Below are positions 52,046-61,426 of a stretch of DNA of 64,000 nucleotides, one piece after another. The position numbers and the translations under genes are program-made. The stretch comes from an uncultured Candidatus Saccharibacteria bacterium (lineage in GTDB: Bacteria; Patescibacteriota; Saccharimonadia; Saccharimonadales; JACDBH01), in assembly GCA_965231105.1 (NCBI GenBank), contig OZ246417.1, forward strand, positions 384,908-448,907, written 5' to 3'. The notes beneath the pieces were generated by a model that worked only from the letters and a program-made list of their open reading frames with translations, had not been told where the DNA came from and did no database searches. Numbering within the stretch: position 1 is the first letter of the stretch; each line of letters starts with the position of its first letter.

Positions 52046-54283
52046 ATGAAACGCGGAGCGGAAAGTAGTATCGGTAACGGAAGCTTAGTCGCTGACATTG
52101 TGCCCGAACTCGACACGAGCGAACACAGAAGAGGGCTATCGGTAACCTATGATCCTGCTGCGGTGACTATCTCACAGCAAGTAATGAGCGCCGCCGAGTT
52201 AGTACAGCAGCCAAACATATTCCACCCCAGCCGCTTCCCCGGAGGAGCCTGTCTCACTGACCCTAACTTTGCAGTTGAGCCATTTCACCGCGTTCAGAAC
52301 AATAATATTGGCGGTGTGATAAAGGACCCTGCAAATGCATCAGGTCGAGTTTACACTGCCGCTATTGGTTATCCTCTCTCTAAGGTTGGCGGCGGTTCCG
52401 TTGCGCAACATCAGTTTTCTATATTCGATAATGCCTATATGCCTGGCATCTTAGGTATGCAGGCAGAAGTAGAGCAGGCTAAGAGCGGAGGCCGTTACTC
52501 GACATATTACCCGCTGGTGAGTCGGCTTGAAAGAAATAGAGAGACCGGTGATATCACCGAGCATCCTTCCCGACGAAATGTCTACTTTGTCTGTACTCAG
52601 GAAGATGAAGATTGGGTTGTTCGAAGTATTATAGATGGCTCCGAACCACATCCTATTGATGGTTACCAGCAAGTCGCCCTACCAATGGAAGACGGCACTG
52701 TTCTTTACCAAGAAGATACCTTCTTAGACTATCTTTCGTACACGCTTGGCTATCAAGTTCAGGCCGATGGCGAAAATGCGACACCCGCCCAACGAACAGG
52801 CATGAAAGCATACGAGGATTTGCTACGTCTGTCCCGGTCTGAACGGGCTGCGCACCAACGACTCTTATACCATTTCATTGGTAATCTCAGTGCCAAAATT
52901 CTGAATGTAGATGCTGAAATCAGAAACATCGAGCCACGAGCAAAGAAACTCGTTAACGATATTTGGCCGAAGCTGAAGATTGCTGATTTTGCAGCCTCAA
53001 GCCTTCAGCACACCTTTCTTCGAGCTGCTGAGTTACTTCAAGAACTTGATCTTTATTCTCAAAAGGCAGACAAGACACTTACCCGTAAGGGCCGAGCGGA
53101 TTTAGCAGAACGCCGGTCTACTATATTCCAGCGAGTCATTGCTGCGACCGCATTCATGGAACTGATGTCTAAGTCACAGTCGGGTATGCAGCATGTGAGT
53201 GATGAGCGAACAAGAATCGCCCAGGATGGATTTGATATTAGTCAGGAAGTAGGCCAAGATGTGCGCTTTACCGCCGTTTCCTTAGATGAAACAGATCAAT
53301 ATATTCATCGCCAAGCTCAACTGCAATTACGAAAACTCAGTCGACGCGGACACAGTACCCCACACTACCAACTCCTTGAAAATCTTGTTGGTTATGTATC
53401 CGCCGATGCTGATGAAGCACGAGTCATAATTAAGGCACTTGAAGGCAACCGACTTGCTACGTACCGAGGCTTATCCCATACCGGTCGCAGTACTGGCGAG
53501 ACAGATGAGATCAGGAATAAGGGCGAAGCTATGCCTAATGGTGGTTATGCGCACTACCCATTTGAAATTGCAACCTCACTTACGCATCCGCTGGAGCAAA
53601 ATCCACGCATTCCATCAGGTCTCTTGATGCAGGGAGTTGTAGCCCGCTTCGATGTCATTACTCCAGAAAAAGACCCAAATAAACCACCGGCAACCCGGTG
53701 TCTTGTTTTATCCGGCAAAGACATTCCATGGTGCGTTACCCAGGCAGTTATTGAACGTGCTAATTTCAATCCTCGCTCACGCCCACGATCTGCCGAACAT
53801 GTTTTGGATGGTCGTTTTGGAATCCGAGCACACATGGAATCCGCACGACCACAATATTGGCGCGCCGGGAGACACACAGCCAGCGGTGTTAAGATGTGGC
53901 CGCGCTTACTCATGAACGGCTCTGCTTTTGCGGTGGCGCGACATATGGATGCCGATCCAAAAGATCCAAGAAGAAATGTTGAGCATGTGTATGAAGATTT
54001 TGGACGAATTCCCGGCATTCCCGTAAGAGCACTCACGAGGCGTACCGGACAGTTAAGGCCTCGCGTACCAGACCAACCCCTCGCGCAGCCTGTCTACGAA
54101 AAAGGTACAGTTCCTATCGGTACAGAGACCAGAAACCCCCATGATCCAACCGCACTTATTGATGTCCGTTTTGCAGATAATGCAGTATATGTGAGCGGCG
54201 AGATGAGTACAGGGAGTGTAAAAACAAAAGGGCAGGCTCCTGTCGGCTTCCTCAGAACCCGCAGTGCGAAAGGTAGACGCTAA
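52046..54283 (+). CDS. orphan B: 745-aa cytoplasmic protein, no recognisable domain
   Basis: A GGAGGAG SD lies 4 nt upstream. There is no hydrophobic span, the C-terminal third is Arg/Pro-rich, and there is no Walker A. Confidence 0.8.
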   Translation: MKRGAESSIGNGSLVADIVPELDTSEHRRGLSVTYDPAAVTISQQVMSAAELVQQPNIFHPSRFPGGACLTDPNFAVEPFHRVQNNNIGGVIKDPANASGRVYTAAIGYPLSKVGGGSVAQHQFSIFDNAYMPGILGMQAEVEQAKSGGRYSTYYPLVSRLERNRETGDITEHPSRRNVYFVCTQEDEDWVVRSIIDGSEPHPIDGYQQVALPMEDGTVLYQEDTFLDYLSYTLGYQVQADGENATPAQRTGMKAYEDLLRLSRSERAAHQRLLYHFIGNLSAKILNVDAEIRNIEPRAKKLVNDIWPKLKIADFAASSLQHTFLRAAELLQELDLYSQKADKTLTRKGRADLAERRSTIFQRVIAATAFMELMSKSQSGMQHVSDERTRIAQDGFDISQEVGQDVRFTAVSLDETDQYIHRQAQLQLRKLSRRGHSTPHYQLLENLVGYVSADADEARVIIKALEGNRLATYRGLSHTGRSTGETDEIRNKGEAMPNGGYAHYPFEIATSLTHPLEQNPRIPSGLLMQGVVARFDVITPEKDPNKPPATRCLVLSGKDIPWCVTQAVIERANFNPRSRPRSAEHVLDGRFGIRAHMESARPQYWRAGRHTASGVKMWPRLLMNGSAFAVARHMDADPKDPRRNVEHVYEDFGRIPGIPVRALTRRTGQLRPRVPDQPLAQPVYEKGTVPIGTETRNPHDPTALIDVRFADNAVYVSGEMSTGSVKTKGQAPVGFLRTRSAKGRR

Positions 54284-55182
54284 TGCCCACCATACCTCGT
54301 CCTGGCGAAACATCCCCAAGCTCTCGCCCCGAAGAGGGGGAGCAGCCTCTTCCGCTAATTACGGATTTTAACTGCGAGTTAGATCGTGGCTACTCCCGGG
54401 CTGTGTTGCCCCCGGGTTCCGCAGTGCGAACACCTGAAATACATAAAACAATGTATCATCAGGCATCATCACCTGGTGAGTCTGTTGAAAGCAACAACTT
54501 TATAGAAGTAGTCCCGCTTGTCTTTCAAAATGAAGAAGCTCGTGAACAGTCAAAGGTTGTCAACGAGGGATTCAATGCTACTACGTACAATGCCGATGCA
54601 ACCGAACGCCTATTCAAACCCGCAGGACAACTAAGAATACTTCGTTCCGATATCCTACCAGAGGGCCCAGTGGTAGTTGTTGCGTCATTACTCGCGCGTC
54701 CTGAGGAATATGGCGACCAAAAAATTGCAGACGTACTTAATTGGCTACCTCGTGTCGTTCTTGTTACGGATGAAGGGGTAGATACAGAAGGTATTCGTCA
54801 TCCTATCAACCTCGCTGAGATGGTTGAGATACATGAAGATGCTCCAACAGAAATACCCTTTACTATAACTCCACCAGATGAGGACGATCAGTTTCAGGAT
54901 CGGCTTAATACGATACTCTGGCAGCCGGATCCGGAGGGAGTAGCCCGACCAAAAGCAGGTCGCATCGTTATAGGCAAGCGCGCATTGGATGAAGAAGGAC
55001 GAGTAGACTACCCTTCTATTAGTGCAACCGTTGAATGTTTTGATGAAGATGATCTGCTGGCAGGCTTAATTGTCCGTACCAGTGGAAGACTGCGTAGAAC
55101 GCGAGTCCAACGACCTGAAGCCCAAGCTCAAGAGGAGGATCGTGTTCTTAGATTGATAAATTTTAATTCTGAAATAGCATAG
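54283..55182 (+). CDS. orphan C: 299-aa cytoplasmic acidic protein
   Basis: The start overlaps the stop of B (TAATG). No hydrophobic span and no family recognised. Confidence 0.75.
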   Translation: MPTIPRPGETSPSSRPEEGEQPLPLITDFNCELDRGYSRAVLPPGSAVRTPEIHKTMYHQASSPGESVESNNFIEVVPLVFQNEEAREQSKVVNEGFNATTYNADATERLFKPAGQLRILRSDILPEGPVVVVASLLARPEEYGDQKIADVLNWLPRVVLVTDEGVDTEGIRHPINLAEMVEIHEDAPTEIPFTITPPDEDDQFQDRLNTILWQPDPEGVARPKAGRIVIGKRALDEEGRVDYPSISATVECFDEDDLLAGLIVRTSGRLRRTRVQRPEAQAQEEDRVLRLINFNSEIA

Positions 55183-55191
55183 GAGATTAGT

Positions 55192-55992
55192 ATGAGACGA
55201 GGAGCAAGCACAATGAACCGGGGCGGATGGGATGAGGATCATATTCGAACTGCGCCCCGCCAGTTAAGAGGACCAGCTCGCAGTAATCCACTCAGTAATT
55301 TACGAGATCGCTTTAACGGTATTCATATGCCGGATTGGAGTAACAGAAAAAAGATTGGGGCCGGTATTTTATTGTTTGCACTATGGCAGGGTGCTACAGC
55401 AGATAATTCTCCGGTACCAAATAAATACCTGCCCAGCCCTGGTGAAACAGCAGTAGGCTTATTAAACGGAACAGAATGGGTCATTCAGAAAATAGACAAC
55501 GGTATTGATAGCATTGGATCAAAAGATGAGTCATCGAGTGAGGTACCGGTAGTAACGGTTCCGACCCCTACCGCTTCATCCGCTCCTGAAGCAACAACCG
55601 CAAGCACTCCTGCAGCGACTGGATCTACCCTTGCACCGTTGCCAACTACTGCTACTACTGCACCTTCAACGGTTGGGTCGGTAGAAACTGTCGCCCCTAC
55701 TACAGTCGCACCTGTAGGCGAGGCCTTACCTTCACCTATGCAGTACTCTGCTGCAGCAGGTTCGGTTGTATGTCGCGGCAATATCGTTTCCGTTACCATC
55801 ACCCCAGATGGTGGCGCTCCATTTTCACAAATGCGCAATGCGACCGGCGAACCATGGGATGCAGGTGTAGCCCCTCATTCTGACGATAACCAACTGTTTG
55901 CTGAAGTACTAGTATCAAACGGCTACCCACAAGAACCGGATGGTGCGTATACCCTACTTGTTCGTAACGGCTGTACTGGTCTCGAACAGTAA
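55192..55992 (+). CDS. orphan D: N-terminally anchored protein with T/A/P linker and Cys-bracketed ectodomain (paralog of K)
   Basis: GGAG SD. TM span IGAGILLFALWQGA, a linker of about 70 aa rich in T/A/P/S, and a C-terminal domain VVCRGNIVSVTITPDG...LLVRNGC. Confidence 0.75.
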   Translation: MRRGASTMNRGGWDEDHIRTAPRQLRGPARSNPLSNLRDRFNGIHMPDWSNRKKIGAGILLFALWQGATADNSPVPNKYLPSPGETAVGLLNGTEWVIQKIDNGIDSIGSKDESSSEVPVVTVPTPTASSAPEATTASTPAATGSTLAPLPTTATTAPSTVGSVETVAPTTVAPVGEALPSPMQYSAAAGSVVCRGNIVSVTITPDGGAPFSQMRNATGEPWDAGVAPHSDDNQLFAEVLVSNGYPQEPDGAYTLLVRNGCTGLEQ

Positions 55993-56005
55993 AACTTCTT
56001 CAAAC

Positions 56006-58885
56006 TTACTGCGAAAGAACGTGATTACAGGTGTAGTAGGCTTCTGAGAACGCCTCTAAACCGTGTGCTCTTTTGCCATTTACGACTTGGCGAGCAGCCT
56101 TCATATCATTATTATTTAATGCATCTCTAATGCGGCCCTCATTCTCCTTAAGATAAACTGCTAAGATTCGAGCGGCAGTAGGCGGATCATTCGCTCTCTC
56201 CGGGTGGTTAAGAAGATCCTCACCTAAGATTTCACCGTAATGTACATAGTTAGTCCTCCAGGTTATCTGAACTAAGCCACGCCCGTGATAAATATGGCCA
56301 GTTTCAGGGTCTGGCTCACCATATTCCTTGCCCTTACCCTTGCCAATCTCATCAATCGGGGCAAAGCCGCTTGTTTCAACTCTTATCGTTGCAAATGCGT
56401 AACAAGCCATCTGCTCATCTGCAATGCCAAATTCATTAAGCGCATTTAAGACAAGTGGTGTATAGGCCTGGATGTTTTCGATTGGTGCGTTGGGAAGCAT
56501 GTTTTGAATAAGTTCGTCAGTAAAGACGTCACGAAGCGGAGCCGTAACTTCTGCTGGGGTCGGTTCAGGTGTTTCGACGGGCGGTACAGTCTCAGGTGGC
56601 GCCTCCTCTACAGGCTGTTCTTCCACATTTTCCGGTTCCTCTGGTTCTGGATCTGTTGCCACTTCCTCTTCCTCTGTTTCATTGGCCTTATTCTTATCCT
56701 TTTCCCTATCCTTGTCACGTGTTTCTTCTTGGATATCAGTAATGGTTGGCAAGGTTTCCTCTTCGTCTGTAAGGGTAATCTGCACATCCAGCAATGTTGG
56801 CACTACTAAGGGAGGTGCTACCTCGTTCGTACCTTCATCTTCAACCACTGGCGGTACTGCCGGTTCCGCTATGGGCGCATCGACACCATTAATAGGCCGC
56901 TGATCATTGAGCGTTATTTCCGCTTCCGGCAAACTAAATGGTCCTTGCTGGCCGCCGTCCATGGAGATATGCCAGTGGGCTGTATCACTTGGAACATCAC
57001 CGTGATCTGCCTGGAGTAAAATGTTTGGACGTCTATATCCCATCGAGTCGAGGTACTCATTTCCTCGTTCCACCAACCCTGCATCTCCGGAGACAATGTG
57101 ATGGATATATGCCGAACCGTCTTCGTTGCGCAAACCGAGCAACCATACAAAGAGTTCTTGGCGTGCTTCAGGATTTGCAAGCAAGCCAACATCTATATCA
57201 CCGCCATGGCGATGCTCTTTGTGACGAGACAGCGCATCCATTAACACAAGTTCACCCATGTCTGGATAGCGAGCACTCATCTCATGTACCTTATCGGCTA
57301 TCATGACGGCAACAACCGCGGTGTCCAAAGACGCAAGTCGTTCACGGTCGGTTGTGTGATTGGCAAATGTATAAAGTCCACCGATACTGTCAGGAATACG
57401 ATAGTAGCCTTCAGGAATACCATCACCTGCAGGCGCTTTATAAAAGCCTGCTCCACCGTCAATAATGAATTGTCGTAAAGCCTTATCATCCACGACGTTC
57501 TGGTCGTTCACGCTATAAAAAGCCCTAAAGTCAATTGCTGCCTCTGTTTCAGGCGCTTCTATTACGGCAGCTTCTGGAGTTCGGGCAGGCGTAGAAGAAA
57601 CTTCTTCTATTACAATTGGCACCGTTTCTATAACAATTTCCGGCTGCGAAGGCAGTGTTGCTTTATCTTCAATAATTGCCTCTAATCGTGGCGCTTCGAT
57701 GCTAATAACCGTGGGCTGAATAACTGGTAACTGTGGCACTACTTCCGGTACTGGCAGAGGGGGCGTTACCGCTGGTGCGAGGGGCTGGATAGTAATGTCC
57801 AGGAGTGTAGGGGCCGGCATGCGAGCGAGTACTTCGTTATGAAGATCTCTTTTGCCGGCATATTTCTGAAACACCTCATCTTCAATCGACAGTGCAGCAG
57901 GCGAAATAATAGGCGTCACAATAGGACTCTCATCCTCATCGATAAGGACCGGTAGTTCAGGTGAGACGATTTCAGGAGTAGTAGGTTCTATAGGCTCTAC
58001 CGGAAGGGGTGTCGTAGAGGGATAGAGTTCGGCGTGTTTCTTATGGACCAGTGGGGTTAACAGCTGGATATCATAATCTGTTAACTGGTCATAACCGTGG
58101 CTACTTGGATGCACAGAGTCACCCATCTCAATGTTACCGCGTGCATGATCTCGATATGGCAGCACTTCCACTTCAATACCCTCTGCACGTCCAGCGTCCC
58201 TAACCTGATATAGAATCTGATTACGCACATCAGCATCCGCATACTTTGAATCACCAAATATTTCGCCCAAAACAATAAGAGCCGGCTTGCCGTCAGAAGC
58301 ACCGATTTCATGAGCATGCCGTATATTCCGCAGCGCATCGCTAAAAATATCGCTTGATGGATTCGTACCAAGATAAATAGCAATAACGTCGCTCTTCGCA
58401 ATAGCATCACGGTTATTATCGAGCGCCCGTATACCATCGTCTGTTTTTGTACATGCGCGTGACAGCGCATCGGCATCGCAGGCAGCCAACACAAGCGGCC
58501 TACTGCCCTTCACATCAGCAGCGAGTGTCATGATACCGGCTTCATTGAGCTTCTCAACGATGGTTCCCGCACCTTTTCTACCAACGCTAATCGAATCTCC
58601 TACAAGCGATATAGTGGCAACAGGACTTGGCTCCATGGGCGGAGCTTGAGCTAACTCAATTGCTGAAGCTCGCTTAACGCTAAAAACAAGTGGGCCCGCA
58701 ACAGCAGCCACTCCTAGTCCTAGGCCGACCGCCACTGCTGCTATTGATTTAGCGCTCTGCTCTTTTTCAGGAGCTATAAACTCGGGCGGAACAATTTGTT
58801 CAATCCTATAAGCATCAGCTAATTCTTCTAAATACGCGCTTTGCCGGGGTACTATATTTCCCTGTGGCAGCGCGAGTCTGGTCAT
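56006..58885 (-). CDS. orphan-cluster E: anchored tri-domain cell-wall hydrolase (SGNH esterase + LAS-type metallopeptidase + GH19-like muramidase/chitinase)
   Basis: 959 aa with TM IAAVAVGLGLGVAAVAGPLVF. SGNH blocks LVGDSISVG, YLGTNPS and GDSVHPSSHGY. LAS pattern SRHKEHRHGGDIDVG...DTAHWHISM. GH19-like RVETSGF...YHGRGLVQITWRTNY. P/V/E-rich linkers join the domains. Confidence 0.8.
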   Translation of the reverse strand: MTRLALPQGNIVPRQSAYLEELADAYRIEQIVPPEFIAPEKEQSAKSIAAVAVGLGLGVAAVAGPLVFSVKRASAIELAQAPPMEPSPVATISLVGDSISVGRKGAGTIVEKLNEAGIMTLAADVKGSRPLVLAACDADALSRACTKTDDGIRALDNNRDAIAKSDVIAIYLGTNPSSDIFSDALRNIRHAHEIGASDGKPALIVLGEIFGDSKYADADVRNQILYQVRDAGRAEGIEVEVLPYRDHARGNIEMGDSVHPSSHGYDQLTDYDIQLLTPLVHKKHAELYPSTTPLPVEPIEPTTPEIVSPELPVLIDEDESPIVTPIISPAALSIEDEVFQKYAGKRDLHNEVLARMPAPTLLDITIQPLAPAVTPPLPVPEVVPQLPVIQPTVISIEAPRLEAIIEDKATLPSQPEIVIETVPIVIEEVSSTPARTPEAAVIEAPETEAAIDFRAFYSVNDQNVVDDKALRQFIIDGGAGFYKAPAGDGIPEGYYRIPDSIGGLYTFANHTTDRERLASLDTAVVAVMIADKVHEMSARYPDMGELVLMDALSRHKEHRHGGDIDVGLLANPEARQELFVWLLGLRNEDGSAYIHHIVSGDAGLVERGNEYLDSMGYRRPNILLQADHGDVPSDTAHWHISMDGGQQGPFSLPEAEITLNDQRPINGVDAPIAEPAVPPVVEDEGTNEVAPPLVVPTLLDVQITLTDEEETLPTITDIQEETRDKDREKDKNKANETEEEEVATDPEPEEPENVEEQPVEEAPPETVPPVETPEPTPAEVTAPLRDVFTDELIQNMLPNAPIENIQAYTPLVLNALNEFGIADEQMACYAFATIRVETSGFAPIDEIGKGKGKEYGEPDPETGHIYHGRGLVQITWRTNYVHYGEILGEDLLNHPERANDPPTAARILAVYLKENEGRIRDALNNNDMKAARQVVNGKRAHGLEAFSEAYYTCNHVLSQ

Positions 58886-59652
58886 GATGCAGGTGCCCTA
58901 CAAATCAGATAACCATCATTGCCGTTCGTGAAATCAATACGACGATAATTGCCATCTTCATTTACGGCTTCAGTAGGATTTCGCAAGAATTCAGCAGGAA
59001 AAAAGTTATTCTCAAATTGGTTCGCACGACTTGCTACAGTTCCCCGGAGTATTGATAGGTCGTTACTGCATGCCGTAAAAGCACTTGTTCGTCCTTCAGG
59101 ACTTAAATCCGGGTCATTCAGATAGTTATAGAGTGCCTCAAGGGTAAAGTCTTCTGCCGCAAGACCATTCGCATGTTGTGCGGTCTGCTCAAATTTAGCA
59201 GTATCTACAACTAACTTTACCGTTACTTCCAATGCACAAACACTCTGGACAGATTTCACAACCGTATCTGTATTAAGCTCATAGCGAAATACATCCTGCA
59301 CGCCTCCACCACTAGCTCCCGGTAATACTATTGAAGACGGCGCATTCAAGGTAGGGTCACGACTATCCGTTTGTTCTACGCCGGTATCAAATGTAGCACA
59401 CGCGGTTGCCGTGCTACGGGTAGCCTCTCGGATTTGTATCGCGGCAACTGCTGCTACACCTGCAAGTACCGCAGCAGCACCGAGCTTCCCCACGGTAGCC
59501 CACTTTCTATCAGCCCTATTACCCATACCTATATAGATAGGGTGTTTTTCTTGATCGCCAGCCGGCCTAATAACTGGTGGCTTTTTTCGTATCTCACTGA
59601 GCCGTTTTTCGGTCTGTCGATATTGTGCCGCGGGTGATACTCTTTTGCTCAT
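58882..59652 (-). CDS. orphan F: N-terminally anchored ectoprotein
   Basis: 256 aa with a basic cytoplasmic head and the TM span LGAAAVLAGVAAVAAI. The ectodomain has 4 Cys. The stop/start overlaps E (ATGA). Confidence 0.7.
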   Translation of the reverse strand: MSKRVSPAAQYRQTEKRLSEIRKKPPVIRPAGDQEKHPIYIGMGNRADRKWATVGKLGAAAVLAGVAAVAAIQIREATRSTATACATFDTGVEQTDSRDPTLNAPSSIVLPGASGGGVQDVFRYELNTDTVVKSVQSVCALEVTVKLVVDTAKFEQTAQHANGLAAEDFTLEALYNYLNDPDLSPEGRTSAFTACSNDLSILRGTVASRANQFENNFFPAEFLRNPTEAVNEDGNYRRIDFTNGNDGYLICRAPAS

Positions 59653-59732
59653 ATTATATCTTGTCGTATCCCAGTTTTACTACTATTTAAACCTGTTAGA
59701 ACGAAACTGTCAAAGTTGTTTTCCTGCTTTTA

Positions 59733-60359
59733 CTAAAATGGATAATCAGAGGGCGGAATATACCCGATCTCATCACAATGCGAGGGCTTGGTGTCGTCTA
59801 AAACTATTTGCGTTAAATAGCGAATTGTCGTGTTCGCTTGTGAGTCGAGTTCTTCGATTCGATGCTGTAATAAATTGCGGAGAGCCGAGGTAGTTTCGAT
59901 GCATACATCACGCGATACACCTTCATAGGTGGCTGGAAGATCAACAGAAGCATGACCTTCTTCTGGAGGATAAATAGCTTCCGCACGAATCCATGTTGTG
60001 GAACCAGCCTGCATGAGTGCAACTGAGGCTAAATCAATGCACAATGCTCGCTTCGAAACTCCCTGCCCAACGAGCACTACTTCTGAATTATCTGATCCAT
60101 CCGGACAAAGATGCGCTTCCGGATCACTTTTTAAACGAGCCGACATTGAGCTCGTTTGGGCTGTTGTCGCCAGAGGCAGTCCGGAAGTATCAAAAGGAAC
60201 TTCTTCAAAGGCTTCAGGATGAAGGGTAAAGGGTAATTGCCACTCTTCTGCCCCTCGGGGATTTCGATAATCGACATAGCCCGATCTTTCCCCTACAAAA
60301 CCGACCCCAGCTACTACTGCAGTCAGTCCCATGAGCGCACCTTTTGTACTCTTCTGCAT
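59733..60359 (-). CDS. orphan G: N-terminally anchored ectoprotein
   Basis: 208 aa with anchor ALMGLTAVVAGVGFVGERSG and an ectodomain with 4 Cys. No family recognised. Confidence 0.7.
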   Translation of the reverse strand: MQKSTKGALMGLTAVVAGVGFVGERSGYVDYRNPRGAEEWQLPFTLHPEAFEEVPFDTSGLPLATTAQTSSMSARLKSDPEAHLCPDGSDNSEVVLVGQGVSKRALCIDLASVALMQAGSTTWIRAEAIYPPEEGHASVDLPATYEGVSRDVCIETTSALRNLLQHRIEELDSQANTTIRYLTQIVLDDTKPSHCDEIGYIPPSDYPF

Positions 60360-60369
60360 AATTGCCTAT

Positions 60370-61362
60370 CTAAATACCGCCACAGGCAGTTACTTCAACC
60401 ATCTTGTCGCTAAACTTAACTTTTATATCTTTATGATTGCCATCACTGTCACCAATAATCGTCTCTTCTAGTGACTTATACTCGTCAATCTTGGCCGCAT
60501 ATTCATCCGCATAATGTTGCTGAACTTCAGACTGATCCGCTACTTCAACCGTTACAGGAACGCCTGCAAGCTGTGGCTGCTCAACCATAATTGCGCCGGC
60601 CACAAATTTTGCAATGTTCTCACGTACACTTGCCATATCAAGGAGTTCGGCAGGACACGCACTTGCAGCCGCCTTACGAATTGCGAGATCTTCGGTGATG
60701 TAATCAAAAGTTTCGGCAACACCGTTATTAACCCGACCGTCCGTATAGCGCTCAATATCATTAACTGTGCCATCAGCACGAGTGGTTGGTACGCGTACCG
60801 CGCAAGGCAGCAGAGCATCGGTATGTGCAACAATCCCTGTTATCTTCAACTGATCGTTTGGATCCTCGTGTAGGTATTCGAGTTCAAATACAGATTGTTT
60901 TTCTTCCTCAGACAGGCTCACATCTACCCCCACTTGAACCTGCTCGTAATCGGTGCCTAGCTTAGCGCAAGGGGTATAGGTCACCACGAACGGCTTGTCT
61001 TTAACAAACCTGGTACCGTCAACATCACCGGCAAAGTCAGTGATACCTTCGGCGTCCCAATCCACTTTGGTGAGGTCACCACTATCAGAGTCTCTGGCAT
61101 ACACCATCTCTACTTCAACTTCACCGAAGGTAAGAAAAATGGACCTATCAACCAGCTTAGCCGAAAGAACTTCAGGACCCTCACCAATCTCAGCCGTCGC
61201 GCCACCATTTCCGAGCCCGAAACATTCCTGTACGACACTTCCACCACCAAAAACTGCACCCGCACAGTCTCCGGGACCAAATCTTTCGGCGGCAAGATAG
61301 CCCAGCCCTGCCACTCCTGCAACTACAGCCATACCTGAGCCTAAAGAAGATTTAAATGCCAT
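60370..61362 (-). CDS. orphan H: N-terminally anchored acidic ectoprotein
   Basis: 330 aa with anchor GSGMAVVAGVAGLGYLAAERFG, similar to that of G, and several Cys. There is a 10-nt gap to G. Confidence 0.7.
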   Translation of the reverse strand: MAFKSSLGSGMAVVAGVAGLGYLAAERFGPGDCAGAVFGGGSVVQECFGLGNGGATAEIGEGPEVLSAKLVDRSIFLTFGEVEVEMVYARDSDSGDLTKVDWDAEGITDFAGDVDGTRFVKDKPFVVTYTPCAKLGTDYEQVQVGVDVSLSEEEKQSVFELEYLHEDPNDQLKITGIVAHTDALLPCAVRVPTTRADGTVNDIERYTDGRVNNGVAETFDYITEDLAIRKAAASACPAELLDMASVRENIAKFVAGAIMVEQPQLAGVPVTVEVADQSEVQQHYADEYAAKIDEYKSLEETIIGDSDGNHKDIKVKFSDKMVEVTACGGI

Positions 61363-61426
61363 AGAATCCTCCGTCTTATGGATATATATTGAACACTTTG
61401 AGTGCTACTGTCAAATATGTCGCGTG

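Noticed and set aside
51880-52116. 79-aa N-terminal extension of ORF 49912-52116
   Set aside because: The extension would run across the divergent promoter region and into gene B. The internal ATG at 51879 has a perfect AGAGGAG SD and a TTGACA-17-TATAAC promoter just upstream.
56504-57306. Plus-strand ORFs inside gene E (56504-56809, 56682-56903, 56938-57306)
   Set aside because: They are antisense to a 959-aa gene with clear catalytic motifs and arise from low-complexity linker codons.
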